DNA of 64,000 nt from positions 13,208,001-13,272,000 of the forward strand of contig CM052816.1 in assembly GCA_028534125.1 (NCBI GenBank). Reading direction: 5' to 3'. A model generated the notes under the pieces. It was not told where the DNA came from and did no database searches. It was given only the letters and a program-made list of their open reading frames with translations. The stretch is from Lama glama. Lineage: Eukaryota. The translations under genes and the position numbers were made by a program. Of this stretch, positions 24,243-38,117 are shown piece by piece (positions within the stretch are counted from its first letter, which is position 1; each line of letters starts with the position of its first letter).

Positions 24243-26094
24243 CACCACAAACACATAGATGGAAGTTAGGAAGAGGATGCTTTTCCAAAGGAAAATAGAG
24301 GTCCTAGTACCATATGTGGAGAGTGAACGTGGGGCAGGCACAAACAATATTCCCCTATCTGGTCATCATAGAGGACATACTAGGTACCCTCACAGGATGC
24401 AGATTTTTCATCAGAAGCACTGTGGTGTCCCTAAATGATGCCATGCAAGTGACTCTTCCCAGTTCATAGGTAAATGAATCCTTCTGAATTATAATACAGT
24501 TCACTCAAAGATGGATTCAGCAAAAATGGATCCAGAAACAGGGTGTGAGGGGTCTTCAGGTAGCAGCCTCTTCTGCATCACCACCCATGGATCCTGCTCT
24601 AATGGGATTTTTCTAGAATGCCTAGAGGATGAGGAAAATGAGCTGGGAATGGACAAGCAGTTTTTCAGTAAGGCCATTAATATTACACCTTTGGGTGCTT
24701 AATGATTGTTAGGGACCACATCTACCTAAGCAATTCGAATTCTGTATGATAGAAATACGTTCAGGATGGTGCATAAAGACGTATCTACAACGATCTTCAT
24801 TGCAGCATGCCTTCCAGTCATGAAAAATTGGAAACAACTTAAATATTCATCAATAAGGGAGAAGTTAAATAAATTATAATATAACCAAACAATAGAAAAC
24901 TATCCTGCTATTACCTGAAAATATTGACATGGAAAGATGTCCAAAACCATTAGATGAATGAAGTTGAAAAAAATGTATTTCTTTTTTTTTTTAAGAAACT
25001 ATGTTTGTGTGCAGGGTCTGGAAGACTGCCCACCAACTCCTTAAAATTGTTACATCTGTAAAATGGGATCATACGGAGGGCAGTTTTTACTTCTTAATTT
25101 ATGCATTTCTGTCTTTCTGCAGGTTTGGATTTTTTAAATAAGTATCTGTTTTTTAGTCTGTATTATTTTAAGATTTTTTAAAGTAATATCTAAAATTATG
25201 TTTCATTCTTCTAATGCCATCCACACAAGACAATCATTTTTCTTGGGACAATCATTTTTCCACAGTCTTCCCTCTGTAAAATCTTTCCTTATTTGTTGTG
25301 CTCATAACTCATCCCCTCACTACTCACTGCTCTCTGTTTGCTCCATAGAGTGACCCAGTCAGGACTTACAGTCTTATTGAGCATGACTTCTAATAAAAAA
25401 AGACTGACTTGAAAGGCATGTGTGGAATGCACTAACAGAATAGCCATTCAATAACCTATTTATTTCTTCCTACCCCCCAATTTATTCCGTTGCTAATTCC
25501 AGAGAGGACCTAAACTCTTCATAATAAAATTAGATTTAGGCAGATAGATAGATAGATATCTCATAGGTGAAACAAAATTGGCAATGTGAAACTGATCAAG
25601 GAGGTTCTGTGGGTCTGATGAACAGAAACACATGTGATGAAATCACAGAGAGGTAAAATAGAAAATGAAAATCAGGACCAAGGAAAGAGGAATAAAAATA
25701 TGCTGGACATCATTCAAGAACTATTTGCTGATGGTAATTATAGGGCTAGAAAACCCATCAGGCCTATAGAGCTAAAATTAATCAGCAAGTATTCATGGAG
25801 TGCCTCTTGGTTCTATTACTGGTTCTGGCTTCCTGCCTGCCCAGTGCCCGGGCTGGAGACATTTGCGTGACAGTCAGCTTGTCGAGACAGAAGGAGCAAA
25901 ATAAGCAGGCAGAGGCTCATAGGAACCTTCTAGACCTCATCATGTTCGCTGGAATCACAGGCAAGCGAGACCAGTTCCAAGCCAGCTTAAAAGTTGTAAA
26001 TATCGCTACATCAACTGAAAAGGGCTCAATTAAGTAGAGATATTGTTTTTGCAAAGCAATAGTCAATTCATTTGTACACTATTTGAAACTTATT

Positions 26095-27716
26095 TTTTAA
26101 CATTTTTAATTGATTTATAATCATTTTACAATGTTGTGTCAAATTCCAGTGTAGAGCACAACTTTTCAGTTATATATGAACATATATACATATTCATTGT
26201 CACATTTTTTTCTCTGTGAGCTACCATAAGATCTTGTGTATATTTCCCTGTGCTATACAGTATAATCTTGTTTATCTATTCTACAATTTTGAAATCCCGT
26301 CTATCCCTTCCCATCCTCCGCCCCCGTGGCAACCACAAGTTTGTATTCTATGTCTATGAGTCCGTTTCTGTTTTGTATTTATGCTTTGTTTGTTTTTGGT
26401 TTTGTTTTTTTTTTTTTTTTAGGTTCCACATATGAGCGACATATGGTATTTTCCTTTCTCTTTCTGGCTTACTTCACTTAGATTGACATTTTCCAGGAGC
26501 TTCCAGGTTGCTGCAAATGGCGTTATGTTGTCAGTTTTTTATGGCTGAGTAGTATTCCATTGTATAAATACACCACAGCTTCTTTATCCAGTCATCCATT
26601 AATGGACATTCAGGCTGTTTCCATGTCTTGGCTATTGTAAATACTGCTGCTATGAACATTGGGATGCAGGTATCATCCTGAAGTAGGGTTCCTTCTGGAT
26701 ATATGCCCAGGAGCGGGATGCCTGGGTCATATGGTAAGTCTATTCCTAGTCTTTTGAGGAATCTTCATACTGTTTTCCACAGTGGCTGCACCAAACTGCA
26801 TTCCCACCAGCAGTGTAGGAAGGTTCCCCATTCTCCACAGCCTCTCCAGCATTTGTCATTTGTGGACTTNNNNNNNNNNNNNNNNNNNNNNNNNNNNNNN
26901 NNNNNNNNNNNNNNNNNNNNNNNNNNNNNNNNNNNNNNNNNNNNNNNNNNNNNNNNNNNNNNNNNNNNNTCTGATAATTAGTGATATTGAGCATTTTTCA
27001 TGTGCCTATTGATCATTTGTATGTCTTCCTTGGAAAATTGCTTGTTTAGGTCTTCTGCCCATTTTTGGATTGGGTTGTTTGGTTGTTTCTTATTAAGTTT
27101 TGTATGAGCTGCTTACATATTCTGGAGGTCAAGCCTTTGTCGGTTTCATTGCTTGCAAAGATTTTCTCCCATTCTGTAGGTTGTCTTTTTGTTTTACTTC
27201 TGGTTTCCTTTGCTGTGCAGAAGCTTGTAAGTTTCATTAGGTCCCATTTATTTATTCTTGCTTTTATTTCTATTGCTTGAGTAGACTGTTTTAGGAGAAC
27301 ATTTTTGAGATGTATGTGAGATAATGTTTTGCCTATATTTTCTTCTAGGGGGTTTATTGTATCTTGTCTTATGTTTAAGTCTTTGATCCATTTTGAGTTG
27401 ATTTTTGTATATGGTGTAAGGGAGTGTTCTAGCTTCATTGCTTTACATGCTGCTGTCCAGTTTTCCCAACACCATTTGCTGAAGAGACTGTCTTTACTCC
27501 ATTGTATATTCTTGCCTCCTTTGTTGAGGATGAGTTGACCAAAAGTTTGTGGGTTCATTTCTGGGCTCTCTATTCTGTTCCATTGGTCTATATGGCTGTT
27601 TTTGTACCAATACCATGCTGTCTTGATGACTGTAGTTCTGTAGTATTGTCTGAAGTCTGGAAGAGTTATTCCTCCAGCCTCTTTCTTTTTCCTCAGTAAT
27701 ACTTTGGCAATTCTAG
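26095..27716 (-). mobile_element. Young 5'-truncated L1 (ORF2 C-terminus plus 3'UTR)
   Basis: ORF 27046-27558(-) [13 protein letters not shown]...[16 protein letters not shown]...[13 protein letters not shown] is L1 ORF2; TSD GAAACTTATT at 26085-26094 and 27717-27726. Confidence 0.95.
26870..26969. other. Assembly gap (100 N) inside L1
   Basis: Run of N. Confidence 1.
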
Positions 27717-28019
27717 GAAACTTATTCTATTAAAGTCAGGAAGGGAAATCACTAGGACTTGTAACAAGTATACTTAATTTTCAGGGTTCTTTCCAGTGCT
27801 GACAAACATTGTAAGTCATGACGAATTCCCTTAAAATGTAAAATATGATGTTTGTGTCATTGTTAATACTTTGATAAACAGCTGTTGTAGTGGACATCTG
27901 TTGTTTTCTGCGTGCCTTTTTCTCCTACTTTAATTTAAAAGACCAATTATTTGCGGGAGCATCTCTCCCCTGTCTCTCGCCCACACTCTCTCTCATTGGT
28001 ACCTTACTCTTAGATGTCA

Positions 28020-28420
28020 CTGGTGGACACGTGACCGAGGCTTTGCCAAATCAGAGTGTACCTCCCTTACATCCCTTGGTCATACTCATTGGTCCAAGGA
28101 TGAGCATGTGACCCAATTAGACCCATGAAACTCCTCCCAGGGACATCCACTAAAATGACTGGAAAAGAATTTTCTTTCCACTGAAGTTACTAAGCTGGTA
28201 GTTTTCAATCCAGGTGCTGCAGGCCACCAGGTGGAGATAGCCTTCCCAGGAATAAAGCCCAAACAGGAAAGTAAAGCTAAGGGTACTTTCGATATCATTT
28301 GAGCCCCTGGATCCAACCATGCCCAAAGCTAAACTTCCTCTTGACTTCAGCAAACTTTTTTTTTCTGCTTTAACAGTTGAGTTTCTTTTAAATGCACCCA
28401 AAAAATGTCCTGATAAAATA
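28020..28420 (+). mobile_element. ERVL/MaLR LTR (LTR16 or MLT1-like)
   Basis: CATTGGTCCAAGGATGAGCATGTGACCCAA and TTTGAGCCCCTGGATCCAACCATGCC motifs. Confidence 0.6.
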
Positions 28421-28584
28421 CTAATGGCAAGCTTTCTTAGTGTTACTTTCATGAGAAATAACCAAATAACCTGGAGGAGACCCTTCATAACTCAAATCAG
28501 TCATGCTCACCTTCTAGAAACCCTCCCTGGCTCCCATCTCCATGCCCATACCTACCTCCCTGTCCTTAAACACCCAGGTGACTT

Positions 28585-28749
28585 TTTTTTTTTTGGTAAC
28601 TTCTCTCTTTCTCACTCACTCTCTCTCTCTCTCTTTTGGAGGGGGGAGGTAATTAGGTTTATTTATTTATTTTTTTAATGGAGGTACTAGAGATTGAGCC
28701 CAGGATCTCGTGCATGCTAAGCACCTGCTGGACTACGCTGGACACCCTG
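28585..28749 (-). mobile_element. tRNA-derived SINE (Vic-1 type) with extended tail
   Basis: TAATGGAGGTACTAGAGATTGAGCCCAGGATCTCGTGCATGCTAAGCA core; TSD CAGGTGACTT at 28575-28584 and 28750-28759. Confidence 0.8.
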
Positions 28750-29639
28750 CAGGTGACTTCTTGATGCATATGCAGTCCTTTACCCGTCTGTCACCACATT
28801 TCTGCAAGTCTGCCTGGTTTGATAATGACTTGTTACTGTATCTTTCTCCATTTCCTCCGGAGTACAGATTGTATCTTAGTCATTTTTATATTGCTGCAGC
28901 CTTACACTGGGGCCTGATATGTAATACTTGCCATTTTGTTGGAGAAATTGTAATTTGCTGAAGAAATCTATGAATGGGAGGGAAAATTAGTTGGGAAAGT
29001 CCCTTCTGTTAATACAGATTCCACAATTAATTGAAACTGTCGATAAAATAACTAATATTAGAATACCAAAGTAAATCAAATTGATGCATCCACGGTGAAT
29101 CCTCAGTGTGGTATCTGGTTGAGAAATTTTCCTTTCTCTGGTCATTAGGATTGAGAGGCTGGGTGAAAGGGGAGGAGGAAGTGGTTCCTTTTTTTTTTTT
29201 TTTTGCAAAACATGTACTATTTTTAAAATTCCATAAAATTTAACAATCTCTCTTGCAAAACATTCAGACTGAAACATGCAACCTGCGGTGTGGAGTGTAG
29301 GCTGTAGTTTGCGAAGAGGGAAGCAGGGAGAGCTGTGGTGGCCAGGAGCTTGCTGGTAACCTGTTATAGGCAACAGAGTAGAGTGGCTTATGGTTGGGGC
29401 CGTCTTTATGACACAGCAAAGAATAACAAGACCCTGAGGAGGATTAAAAGAGGAAGCACTATCTGTGTAGCACAGGGTGACTGAGTGAGAGACGTTTTAC
29501 AATTAAAATGGGCAAATGCTAGGGGAAAAAATCATCTGTAGATTGGGATAGGGTCAAGGCATTGGGATGTACAAATAATCCCTCTATGTGGGCAAAAGTC
29601 TTAATAAAATTGCTAGATGAGTAAGAAAACTTCTGAGGA

Positions 29640-30130
29640 TCTGAGTTCCAGTGATGCACGTTACTGGTATTTGGGGTTTCCCCTCTCCACACTCACTGCA
29701 AGGCAGTCAAGCCTGACTTTCTCCATGTGCTTCAAAGATACTGACTTGAGCTCTCGAACTGCCTCTGTTTCCTTCCCTCCTTCCACATCCTGCTCCTGAC
29801 TCCTTCTCTCATTGCAGCTGTCTGTACACTCACTTCCTCCAACCACGGAGCCTCCTCAGTCTTCCTTCTCCAGACGCAGTCCCTTCAGCGTAGGCGGTCC
29901 CTGAATACTCATCTCTTCCACGGAGCTGCTCAATGACTGCTTTGCCTTCGTCTGTCCACCCATAGCTTCCCACCTCCATCGCCACCACCCGGGTACCAAT
30001 CTCTGTCTTCCCCGGGACCAACACGCCTGCCTCTTCACTGCTCCCCCTGCTTCCTGTCTTAGCTCCCACAACCCAGGTTCCATGTGACACGGGGAATGAG
30101 CTTTCAAAGAGTAAATTCGATTATGTCCAT
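29640..30130 (+). mobile_element. L2 fragment
   Basis: CACCTCCATCGCCACCACCCGGGTACC...CTCACTGCTCCCCCTGCTTCC-like L2 core; degraded. Confidence 0.6.
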
Positions 30131-30132
30131 AA

Positions 30133-31031
30133 TCACTGTGCTGATAAATGTTTAACAACTGCCAGGAGGGAGTATCTGTGTTTCTATTATAAATTTTACT
30201 GATACAAAGAGAGCATAGCACACAATTTACAAAAAATAAAACATTACATCTTTTACAGTTAATTCTATCTGCATAACCCATTGATTTCTGCAGAATGGTT
30301 TCAGTGATTTTTGCCAAACTCTTGTATCCATAGTCTGCCTATAGCTGTAATTCTGATCATATTTGGTTAATATTTAATTTAGCAAAGAAGTTGCTCATGC
30401 CACTGAGGTTCAGACATGAATGTTGCTTGATGTTTTCACATTAATGAGTGAGTTGAAAGTGAAACAACAAAAGTATATGTCTGGACTGCACTTTGTCAAT
30501 GATGTGAGTGCTTCTTTACTGATCATAGTTTTCAAGTACCAGAAAAATATTTCCTCAATTTTTTGTCATTCATAAATGAACACACTTTGAAGTTCAATCT
30601 TTATTTTTAAATTTTCTTCTATCACCTTCTTAGGTTCAGACCATTAACAAAATAAATCAAGCTCTGATTTGCAGTGTTTTCCAATTTCTGTGGTGTAAAT
30701 ACTCCACCATAATTGATCTCAAACTACTGAAATAACATTTCTGAAGGCAGAGCTGGGGAGAGACACTCTTATCATACCATTATAGGATATCCATTATTCA
30801 GAACAGACGGAAAAAATTTTAAAACATAGATAATAATAAAATACTGTAAAACAGTTAAGAAGTGAAGTTTTGAGCATTTGATACCTTTGTTTTAAAAATA
30901 TTTTGTTTAACTGTAAGTTTCTAAATAATTTAGTTTTTAATGTTTGGCCATGATTAACGATGGATTTAAAACTTACCGAAAATGTAACACTCAACTCCCC
31001 AGGCTGGTACACCTGGCTCCAGCCCACCTCT
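30133..31031 (-). mobile_element. hAT DNA transposon, MER63-like
   Basis: Ends TGTGCTGATAAATGTTTAACAACTG and CTGGCTCCAGCCCACC resemble MER63 termini; AT-rich interior. Confidence 0.6.
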
Positions 31032-32614
31032 GAATTGTCCCTCCTCTGCTGACACTTTCAGGACACCCATTGCACTGATTATCTTGGAAATGAGTGAAGA
31101 GAGGCAATGACAGTTTTCAACAGAATTAGTAATTACTTTTGTTGTGGTGAATTAATGATGCAAAAATGCTACACATCCCTCCCTGTTTTCCCAAGTTTGG
31201 TGTTTAAAAACTCCTGTTGTCTGCACCATCCCATTCGACTTACTGATTCCTGTATAGTAGGTAGGGGATATAATTACCCTTTCTTTACAGGTAGAAAAAC
31301 AAGGCTGAGAAGAACTGAATGACTGGTCCCTGCTCATTCAGTTAAGTAATAGAACAGGATTTCAAAGACAGGTCTTATATTGAAAAATACACAGGAAGCT
31401 AGAGAAAATGTAATTGATGAATATTGACATCAAATTAAAAAGTTCTCCAAATGGCTTTTGTAACACTTCAGAGTCTGATACAAAGTACATTCGTATCTTG
31501 TTATGGGATCCCTATACCCAGGATGTTTTGATCTCTTAACTCCACTATTTCCAACTTAGCCCTAAACAAAACAAAACATAACCCAGTGTGACCTAGTAAA
31601 TAACACGTATGCACCGAAATGTAAATGCAGGTCCCCAGAAATGAGCTGAGAGGTTCCACCTAGAAATGGAGCAGACTGAAAAAATCTCTTCCAAAGGAAC
31701 ATGGGACACAAAGGGAGATTAAATCAGAAGAGGAAGAGAGCTAATGACATAATGGCCAGCCACAAATGCCACAAATGAAAAACAAAGTACGTAATACTTG
31801 TTACAATTATTCAGTGTGCCGGCTCTAATGTCTCCAAACACTAAAAACATTAGGTTCCTGCTCAGGGCAACATTTATCTCATTTATCTGCTGCTATTTAC
31901 CTCATCCTTGGACTAGGTATTGCTAAAACTGAGTTCTGCTGGCATAAAGAATATAGACTTAACAGGACGCCCTTAGAGTCTACCATGCATATGACCACAA
32001 TTTGTGATATTTTAAGTTGCTTATGATGAAATCATTGAAAGCATCATGAGAAGCAGCAAAACGCCAGGGATGCTGGTAACAATTTAGCATTTCCCAGTTC
32101 GTGTGGGAATGTTAATTCCAATTATAAAAAGAAGTACCAAAGTGGAATTAATTATGATTAAGAACTTGCTGTTCTAAGTGTGAATTGTTTATAACAGGCA
32201 TGTCGGGTGTAAAACAGAAATACTGAAGCAGAAAGAGATGGGGCATTCAGAGCTCAGCTGGGTTCCCTTGAGTCTCTCACGTTTTTTAAAGTTAAACAAG
32301 AATAGAGGTATTTCCTTAAGTCAAGATACTATTTTAAGGAGGCATCTAATAGCTATGATAGCTTCAGGAATAATTTTTTTGAAAGTATGTTCTGACAACC
32401 CACAAAGGCTGCTTGCATTGGCTTAATATAAAATTAACATATTCAATGAATTATCATATTCAAAATTATTAATACATACAAACATGATACAAATTTGATT
32501 CCAATTTACATTTTTTCACGTCTTCCTGCTATATCATAAGATTTTTTAAATTAGAGAGGAATTTTAATAGCCTCAGAGTAATTTATTTTGGGAAATGATA
32601 AATTTAATACTAGC

Positions 32615-33295
32615 TTTTTAAAATTGAAGTATATAGTCAGTTTATAACGTTGTGTCAGTTTCTGGTGTACAGCATAGTGATTGATGTATATATATATATA
32701 TACACACACACACATTCCTTTTCATTCTTTTTCATTATAGGCCATTACAAGGTATTGAATATAGTTCCCTGTGCTATACAATAGGACTTCGCTGTTCATC
32801 TATTTTATACATAGTAGTTTGTATCTGCAAATCCTAAACTCTCAACTTATCCCTCCCCAACCCTCTTCCCCTATGGCAACCATAAGTTTGTTTTCTATGT
32901 CTGTAAGTCTGTCTCTGTTCTGGAGATAAGTTTATATGTGCCCCTCCTTTTTTTTTTTTTTCAGATTCCACATATAAGTGATCTCATATGGTATTTTTCT
33001 TTCTCTTCTGGCTTACTCCATTTAGAATGATGATCTCTAGGTCCATCCCTGTTGCTGCAAATTGCATTATTTTATTTTTTATGGCTGAGTAGTATTCCCA
33101 TTATATAAACATACCACAACTCCTTCATCAGTTATGTGTTGATGGACATTTTGGTTGTTTCCACGTCTTGGCTACTGTAAATAGTGCTGCCTTCAACATT
33201 GGTGCATGTATCTTTTTGAATTAGAGTTTCCTCCAGATATATGGAGGGGTTGCTGGATCATAGGTTAAGCCTATTTTCGGCTTTTTAAGGTGATT
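32615..33295 (-). mobile_element. L1 3'UTR fragment
   Basis: TTGAAGTATA..GTCAGTTTA...TTCTGGTGTACAGCA, CAACCATAAGTTTGTTTTCTATGTCTGT and TTTATGGCTGAGTAGTATTCC shared with the 62759 copy. Confidence 0.9.
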
Positions 33296-33989
33296 CCAAT
33301 GTACATTTAACATCATAGATTTAAAGGGGGGGGGGTGAGGGGGTTAGAGGATAGAAGGGAAACACAGCCATGCCAAGGAATCATGGGCTACAGGAGAGTA
33401 AGTTACAAGAGGTGTCCTTATGTGAAAGGAAAAATACATGATAAACAACAGTAAAGATGGGAATGAATGTGGTATATACTGTGGTCTTTCTTCATTGGGC
33501 TCTCTTAACCAACACTGCTGATGCATTCATTTCAACTAATCCAAGTTCTCCATTCTCCCTGGAAGACACAAGTGTTGAAGGGCAGGCTGAATACTGGAGC
33601 TAAGGCTACTTCCTATACTCCACACAGTGCTGTTCCCACCAGTTACACTTTCTGCTTACTAACAGTTCCTGGTGGTTTTTTCCCCCCAAAACATGTTTAT
33701 TCCATTTGTGTTGTTCTTGTAATTACTTGATTTGATTAAATACTAAGTAAAATGATGAAATATGACTAATGACAGAAACAGTTGTTGGTCTATAAATTCT
33801 AAATGGAAAGATGCCCTGTAAACAATTGCTGTCAAACTAGGTGGATGTAAGACAACTTTGGAAGATTGGGGCAAGGGCAGGATGGAATGAATCATAAAAA
33901 TTTAGAACACTACACTTGTATTATTTTGTAAGTCCTTTTCATTTCTTGCTCTACTTTAATAGTAACATTACTTATTAATAACAAGTGCT

Positions 33990-34170
33990 AATGATGATTA
34001 AACACTTAATATATCCCAGGAATTAGTCTAAGCACATAAAACATCTCAAACTTATTTCATCTTTATAGTAACTTGAGTTAGTACTGTTATCATCCCCATT
34101 TTACAGATGATGGAAACTGAGGCCCAGAGAGTTAGGTTGCCCAAGGTTACATTTCTCGTAGAGGCAGAGG
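33990..34170 (-). mobile_element. MIR SINE
   Basis: ATCCCCATTTTACAGATGATGGAAACTGAGGCCCAGAGAG...TTGCCCAAGGTTAC core. Confidence 0.75.
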
Positions 34171-36847
34171 CTATCCAGCCAAATGGGCTCTTCACAGATA
34201 AGCTTTACTGATGGCTGTAGTTTATACATGAATGGAGACATGGAACTCCAGTCAGTGGGCTCCCAAACACTTCAGACCGTCATCAAAGGATTAGGAAATA
34301 AGTGTTCAATGATAGGTTTTAGGTTTTAAAGCTTAACATTTGAAAGTACAGGGCTTTGTTTTTTTTGTTTGTTTGTTTGCTTGTTTGTTTGTTTGTTTTA
34401 ATGATTCCCTTGCTTTTACTGACTTTTTAATTGAATTAAATACCAGCCTGTGGCATCAGCTGGAAGGTTTTGCCTTCTACAAAGGATCAGGTGAAAGACG
34501 GTGGTCTTAAATAAATACTAGAATGGAAGTTGGGATCTCTCTACACTGGAATAGGGATTTACTATAGATACTTGAGGAGGAGCATGTATAATTTAATTGA
34601 TGACTTGAAGGAGTAATCTGGTTGTGGGGTTTGGACTATTTTAATGGAAATGGAAATGGTAAAACAGATGAACAGAATGGGAGAACTCACTTGGATAATA
34701 TATCAATTGCTGTATAAACGTAAAAGGTGGTTTGCTTAATATTCAGGTTTAAGGTTTTATTGATCTTAGGATCTTATTTATATTTATATAGTATTCTCTA
34801 CAATTGTAAAACAATTGTATATTATATTCATATTATATTTATATTGACCTTACTCAACAAATAACCACTGGGTACCTACTATGCGCTAGCGATATAGTGG
34901 TGAAAGAAATAGACACAGGCCCTGCCATCACAGAGCTATTATATTCTAGTGGGGGAGACAGACACTGAACAAATGAATCCAGAAATAAAAAACTATCATT
35001 GTAATGTGCTACCAAAGTAAAGTACATGACACTCTAGGAATACACAATAATGAGTCTTTGTTGTTTACCTGTTGGTTTGTTTGTTTTGGGTTTTTTTTTT
35101 TGGGAGGGGAGGAGTACTCAGGTGTTTAAATGTAAGACAATAAATATCTTAAGAATCTTGAGTAATATTTGTATACTTTTCATTAACTCGTTTGGCCTCC
35201 CCAACAACTCAGTAAAAGTGATATGGTCTTGTTAATTCAGTGTTTTATTATAACTCTGTAAAAGATTTGCTGAGTGCCCACTCCGTATCGGGTTCTGTTC
35301 TAGGAGTGGGACATACAGCAATGAACAAGACAGAAAGGGTCCTTGCCTTCATGGAGTTTGGAAATATCTCCTTTATTCCCATCTTTACTTCTTAGACAAT
35401 CAAATATATTCCCCCTCAGATGGGGATGCCCCCTATTTCTTGTAGTAATTATAACTTCCATGGGTTGCAGATTGGTAATGTTTCATTATGTAAAGACTTC
35501 AATTGTATATATAAAACACTTTCAATGGTGTCTGGTAGGTAGTAGAAGTTCAATAAATGGTAACTACTGTTAGAACTGCTGTTATTATTACAGCGCTGAA
35601 TCTCATGTTCTTTCTAGTGCACTGGATTTCATTTCTTGAATTAAATTCCATACACACTTATTGCAAGCCTATCATGGGATTTGCATACTCTTTTATGGAA
35701 ATTATGATGTTAGTGAAGAAAAACCTCTCTAATATTGTCTATTTCTACCCTCCACACTTGGGTGTACAACCTTGGATATACCTCAAGCTCTGTAAACCTC
35801 TGTTTCCTCATGTTCAGAAATCAGAATACCTGTCTATTCAGCTATTGTCAGCAAAAGTCGGCAGTAGAGTGTGTGCGTGTGTGTGCGTGCAGGCGTGCAG
35901 TGGGAGGAATCAATAAATGTTAGCCATAAAGCATAATAATTCCAACTCTGAAAAGCAGGCACTGGGCTAATCCACAGTTTATGCCTGCTTTCAAATGAAC
36001 ACAAAAGACTAAAGACTAAGAATTTTTCTATCAAATTCAAAAATTAGAATGCACATTTAGACCATGGCAAAGAAAAACCACTTTGCTCAACTGGAAGTGT
36101 TTTCAATGGGGATTTTTAATTTGAAATGTGTTTTCTTCCATTTTAAGGTGATCCACTGGACATGCAGGAAAAAATGAGTGGGAAGAAAGTTAAAGCAGAA
36201 CTCTCGTAAAAGCAGGTATTATTTAAAAGCTGGGTACCCTCCACAGAGAATGTGAACAGGTAAGAGAGATGAGGTGGATTTTTCTTTTCTTTCTTTCCTT
36301 TTTTTTTTTTTTTTTTTTTTTGTTACAGCAGAGATTCAACTATGAAATAGGTTTATGGTATGGGAAGTGGTATTCTATTAGGTAACTGTTACGGTCCCTT
36401 TACATATGTTATACATGTGCAAATTACATATTTATATAAAACTTCTAGTATCACTTTCAAGCAGATATACAAGGATAATCATCAGTATGAGTTACTGAAC
36501 TCACTTTTAAAACATGCATAACATTATTGTAAGTTTGGGTCTTGATTTTTTTCCCTATGAAACTGTTGGTTGTTTGGGGACCCAACCCACTAAAAGATCC
36601 TAGTATTTGAGACATGTAAGTTAGGAAAGTTAGCGTTCTCGGAGAAAATTCTCACCTAGTGTCCACTATAAGCACCCAGGACAAGGGCCTCCCTCCAGTT
36701 GACTGGCGCCAAGGGAAAGAAAAGGATCTAGAAGGACTTTTGTTAATCTATGGCTGCTCAGCGCCCTTCTCTTGGCTGAGGGTTCGACGCTGGCATAGGT
36801 CTTGGTTCCCTTTTCTTTCCTGAGGCGGCGAGCGGCTCTTCCTTTGC

Positions 36848-37074
36848 CAAGATGGCGGCCCTGGCATCATCTGGAGGCGACCCGTGCACATCGCCTCCGG
36901 GCTGGCGGCTTGCCAGAAGCCTAGGGCTCTCCTGTCACATCAGACGACACACGGAGCAGCGTCCACCCCTCAGAACTTAGGAAGGGCTACTCTGGCGGCC
37001 CGCGACCGAGAACCGTTGCCAAGATGGTGGCCGGGCGGCCGGGCGGCATCACCGGCCTTTACCAAGATGGCGGC
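36848..37074 (+). promoter_or_regulatory. Cluster of three YY1 motifs
   Basis: CAAGATGGCGGC at 36848-36859 and 37063-37074, CAAGATGGTGGC at 37020-37031. An ETS core CTTCCGG follows at 37081. Confidence 0.8.
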
Positions 37075-37289
37075 GGGCAGCTTCCGGCACGCGCTTCCCC
37101 CATCCTCTGCAAGATGTCAGGGCAGAGCGGCCGCCGCCAGTCTGAGCGCGGCCGGAGGAGAGAGCGGCCGCTTCCGAGCGCCGGCCGGGAAGGGCTAGGT
37201 GGAGCTGCGGCAGCCTCCGCCCTCGTCAGCAGCTGGCAAGTACTGTCACCTGTGGGGGCGCAAAAGTTACCTCCCCAAACCCTAAAGCA

Positions 37290-37342
37290 ACACAGCACAA
37301 CCTTTCCCCAAGTCACAAAAATCATAGTATGTGCCGCGCAAG
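37290..37342 (+). other. NR3C1: Non-coding first exon 1D-like (3' part)
   Basis: ACAACCTTTCCC...TCACAAAAATCATA...GTGCCGCGCAAG|GTAGGA (donor 37343) resembles recalled human 1D. 5' end uncertain. Confidence 0.65.
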
Positions 37343-37829
37343 GTAGGAAGCTCGGTCCTGGCGTCGCCCGAGCCCTCCCGACGCGGCGAGCAGGAGAAAG
37401 CAGCTGGGGCGGCGGCCTCCCGCGCGACAACCCTCGCCCCACGCCCCTCTCTTTGGGGATGGGCCCCGTGTTACCTTCCGACAGAGGGGGAGGCGTGTAA
37501 CGGGAACAGCTGGAATGAGTTTAATGCTGATACTTAAAAGCTGCGTGTGTTTTGTTTTATTTGGAGAAAGAGGGGTCCCACGAAGACGAAAGGGTGGGCG
37601 ACGCGTTGAGGAGAGTGCAGCATATGTCAAGATTCGGGGGAGGGGCCTCCCCGGGGAACTTGGACGCTATCCCGGGAGGGGGTGAAAGGAGAGGTCAGGA
37701 GTTGGGGAGTTGCGGAGGGAGGAGGGCGTGCTTTGCAAGCAACTTACTATTTCGTTGCAGCTTGCTCTTAGGCCTGCCACCTCCTGCTTTCCTTAATAAT
37801 AATAACAGTAATAATAAAGAGCAAAGAAA

Positions 37830-37876
37830 TCCAGCTCGCAGTAGGTTTTGCATTTGGTGTGCAACTTCCTTCAAGT
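37830..37876 (+). other. NR3C1: Non-coding first exon 1E-like
   Basis: GTGCAACTTCCTTCAAGT|GTGAGC candidate donor at 37877, between 1D and 1B. Boundaries uncertain. Confidence 0.5.
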
Positions 37877-38013
37877 GTGAGCGCGCTAGGAGGGAAGGAT
37901 GGGGGTTGAACTTGGCAGGCGGCGCCTCCTTCTGCCGCTGCCGCCGCCTCACATACTCGGGGAAGAGGGTGGGGGACGGTCGGGGCGCGGGGGAGGGTGG
38001 GTTCTGCTTTGCA

Positions 38014-38117
38014 ACTTCTCTCTGGGTGCGAGCGCGCGGCGGCGTCTGCAGACTGGGCCGCCCAGACGATGCGGGGGTGGGGGACCCGTCGGCACGCGAC
38101 TCCCCCCCGGGCCCAGA
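38014..38117 (+). other. NR3C1: Non-coding first exon 1B-like
   Basis: ACTTCTCTC...CGGCACGCGACTCCCCCCCGGGCCCAGA followed by donor GTACGT at 38118, as recalled for human 1B. TSS approximate. Confidence 0.75.

Noticed and set aside
23971..24347. Glu/Arg/Lys-rich ORFs
   Set aside because: Translations of the CT-rich simple repeat.
27046..27558. 170-aa ORF as a host gene
   Set aside because: It is the L1 ORF2 C-terminal region of a truncated element.
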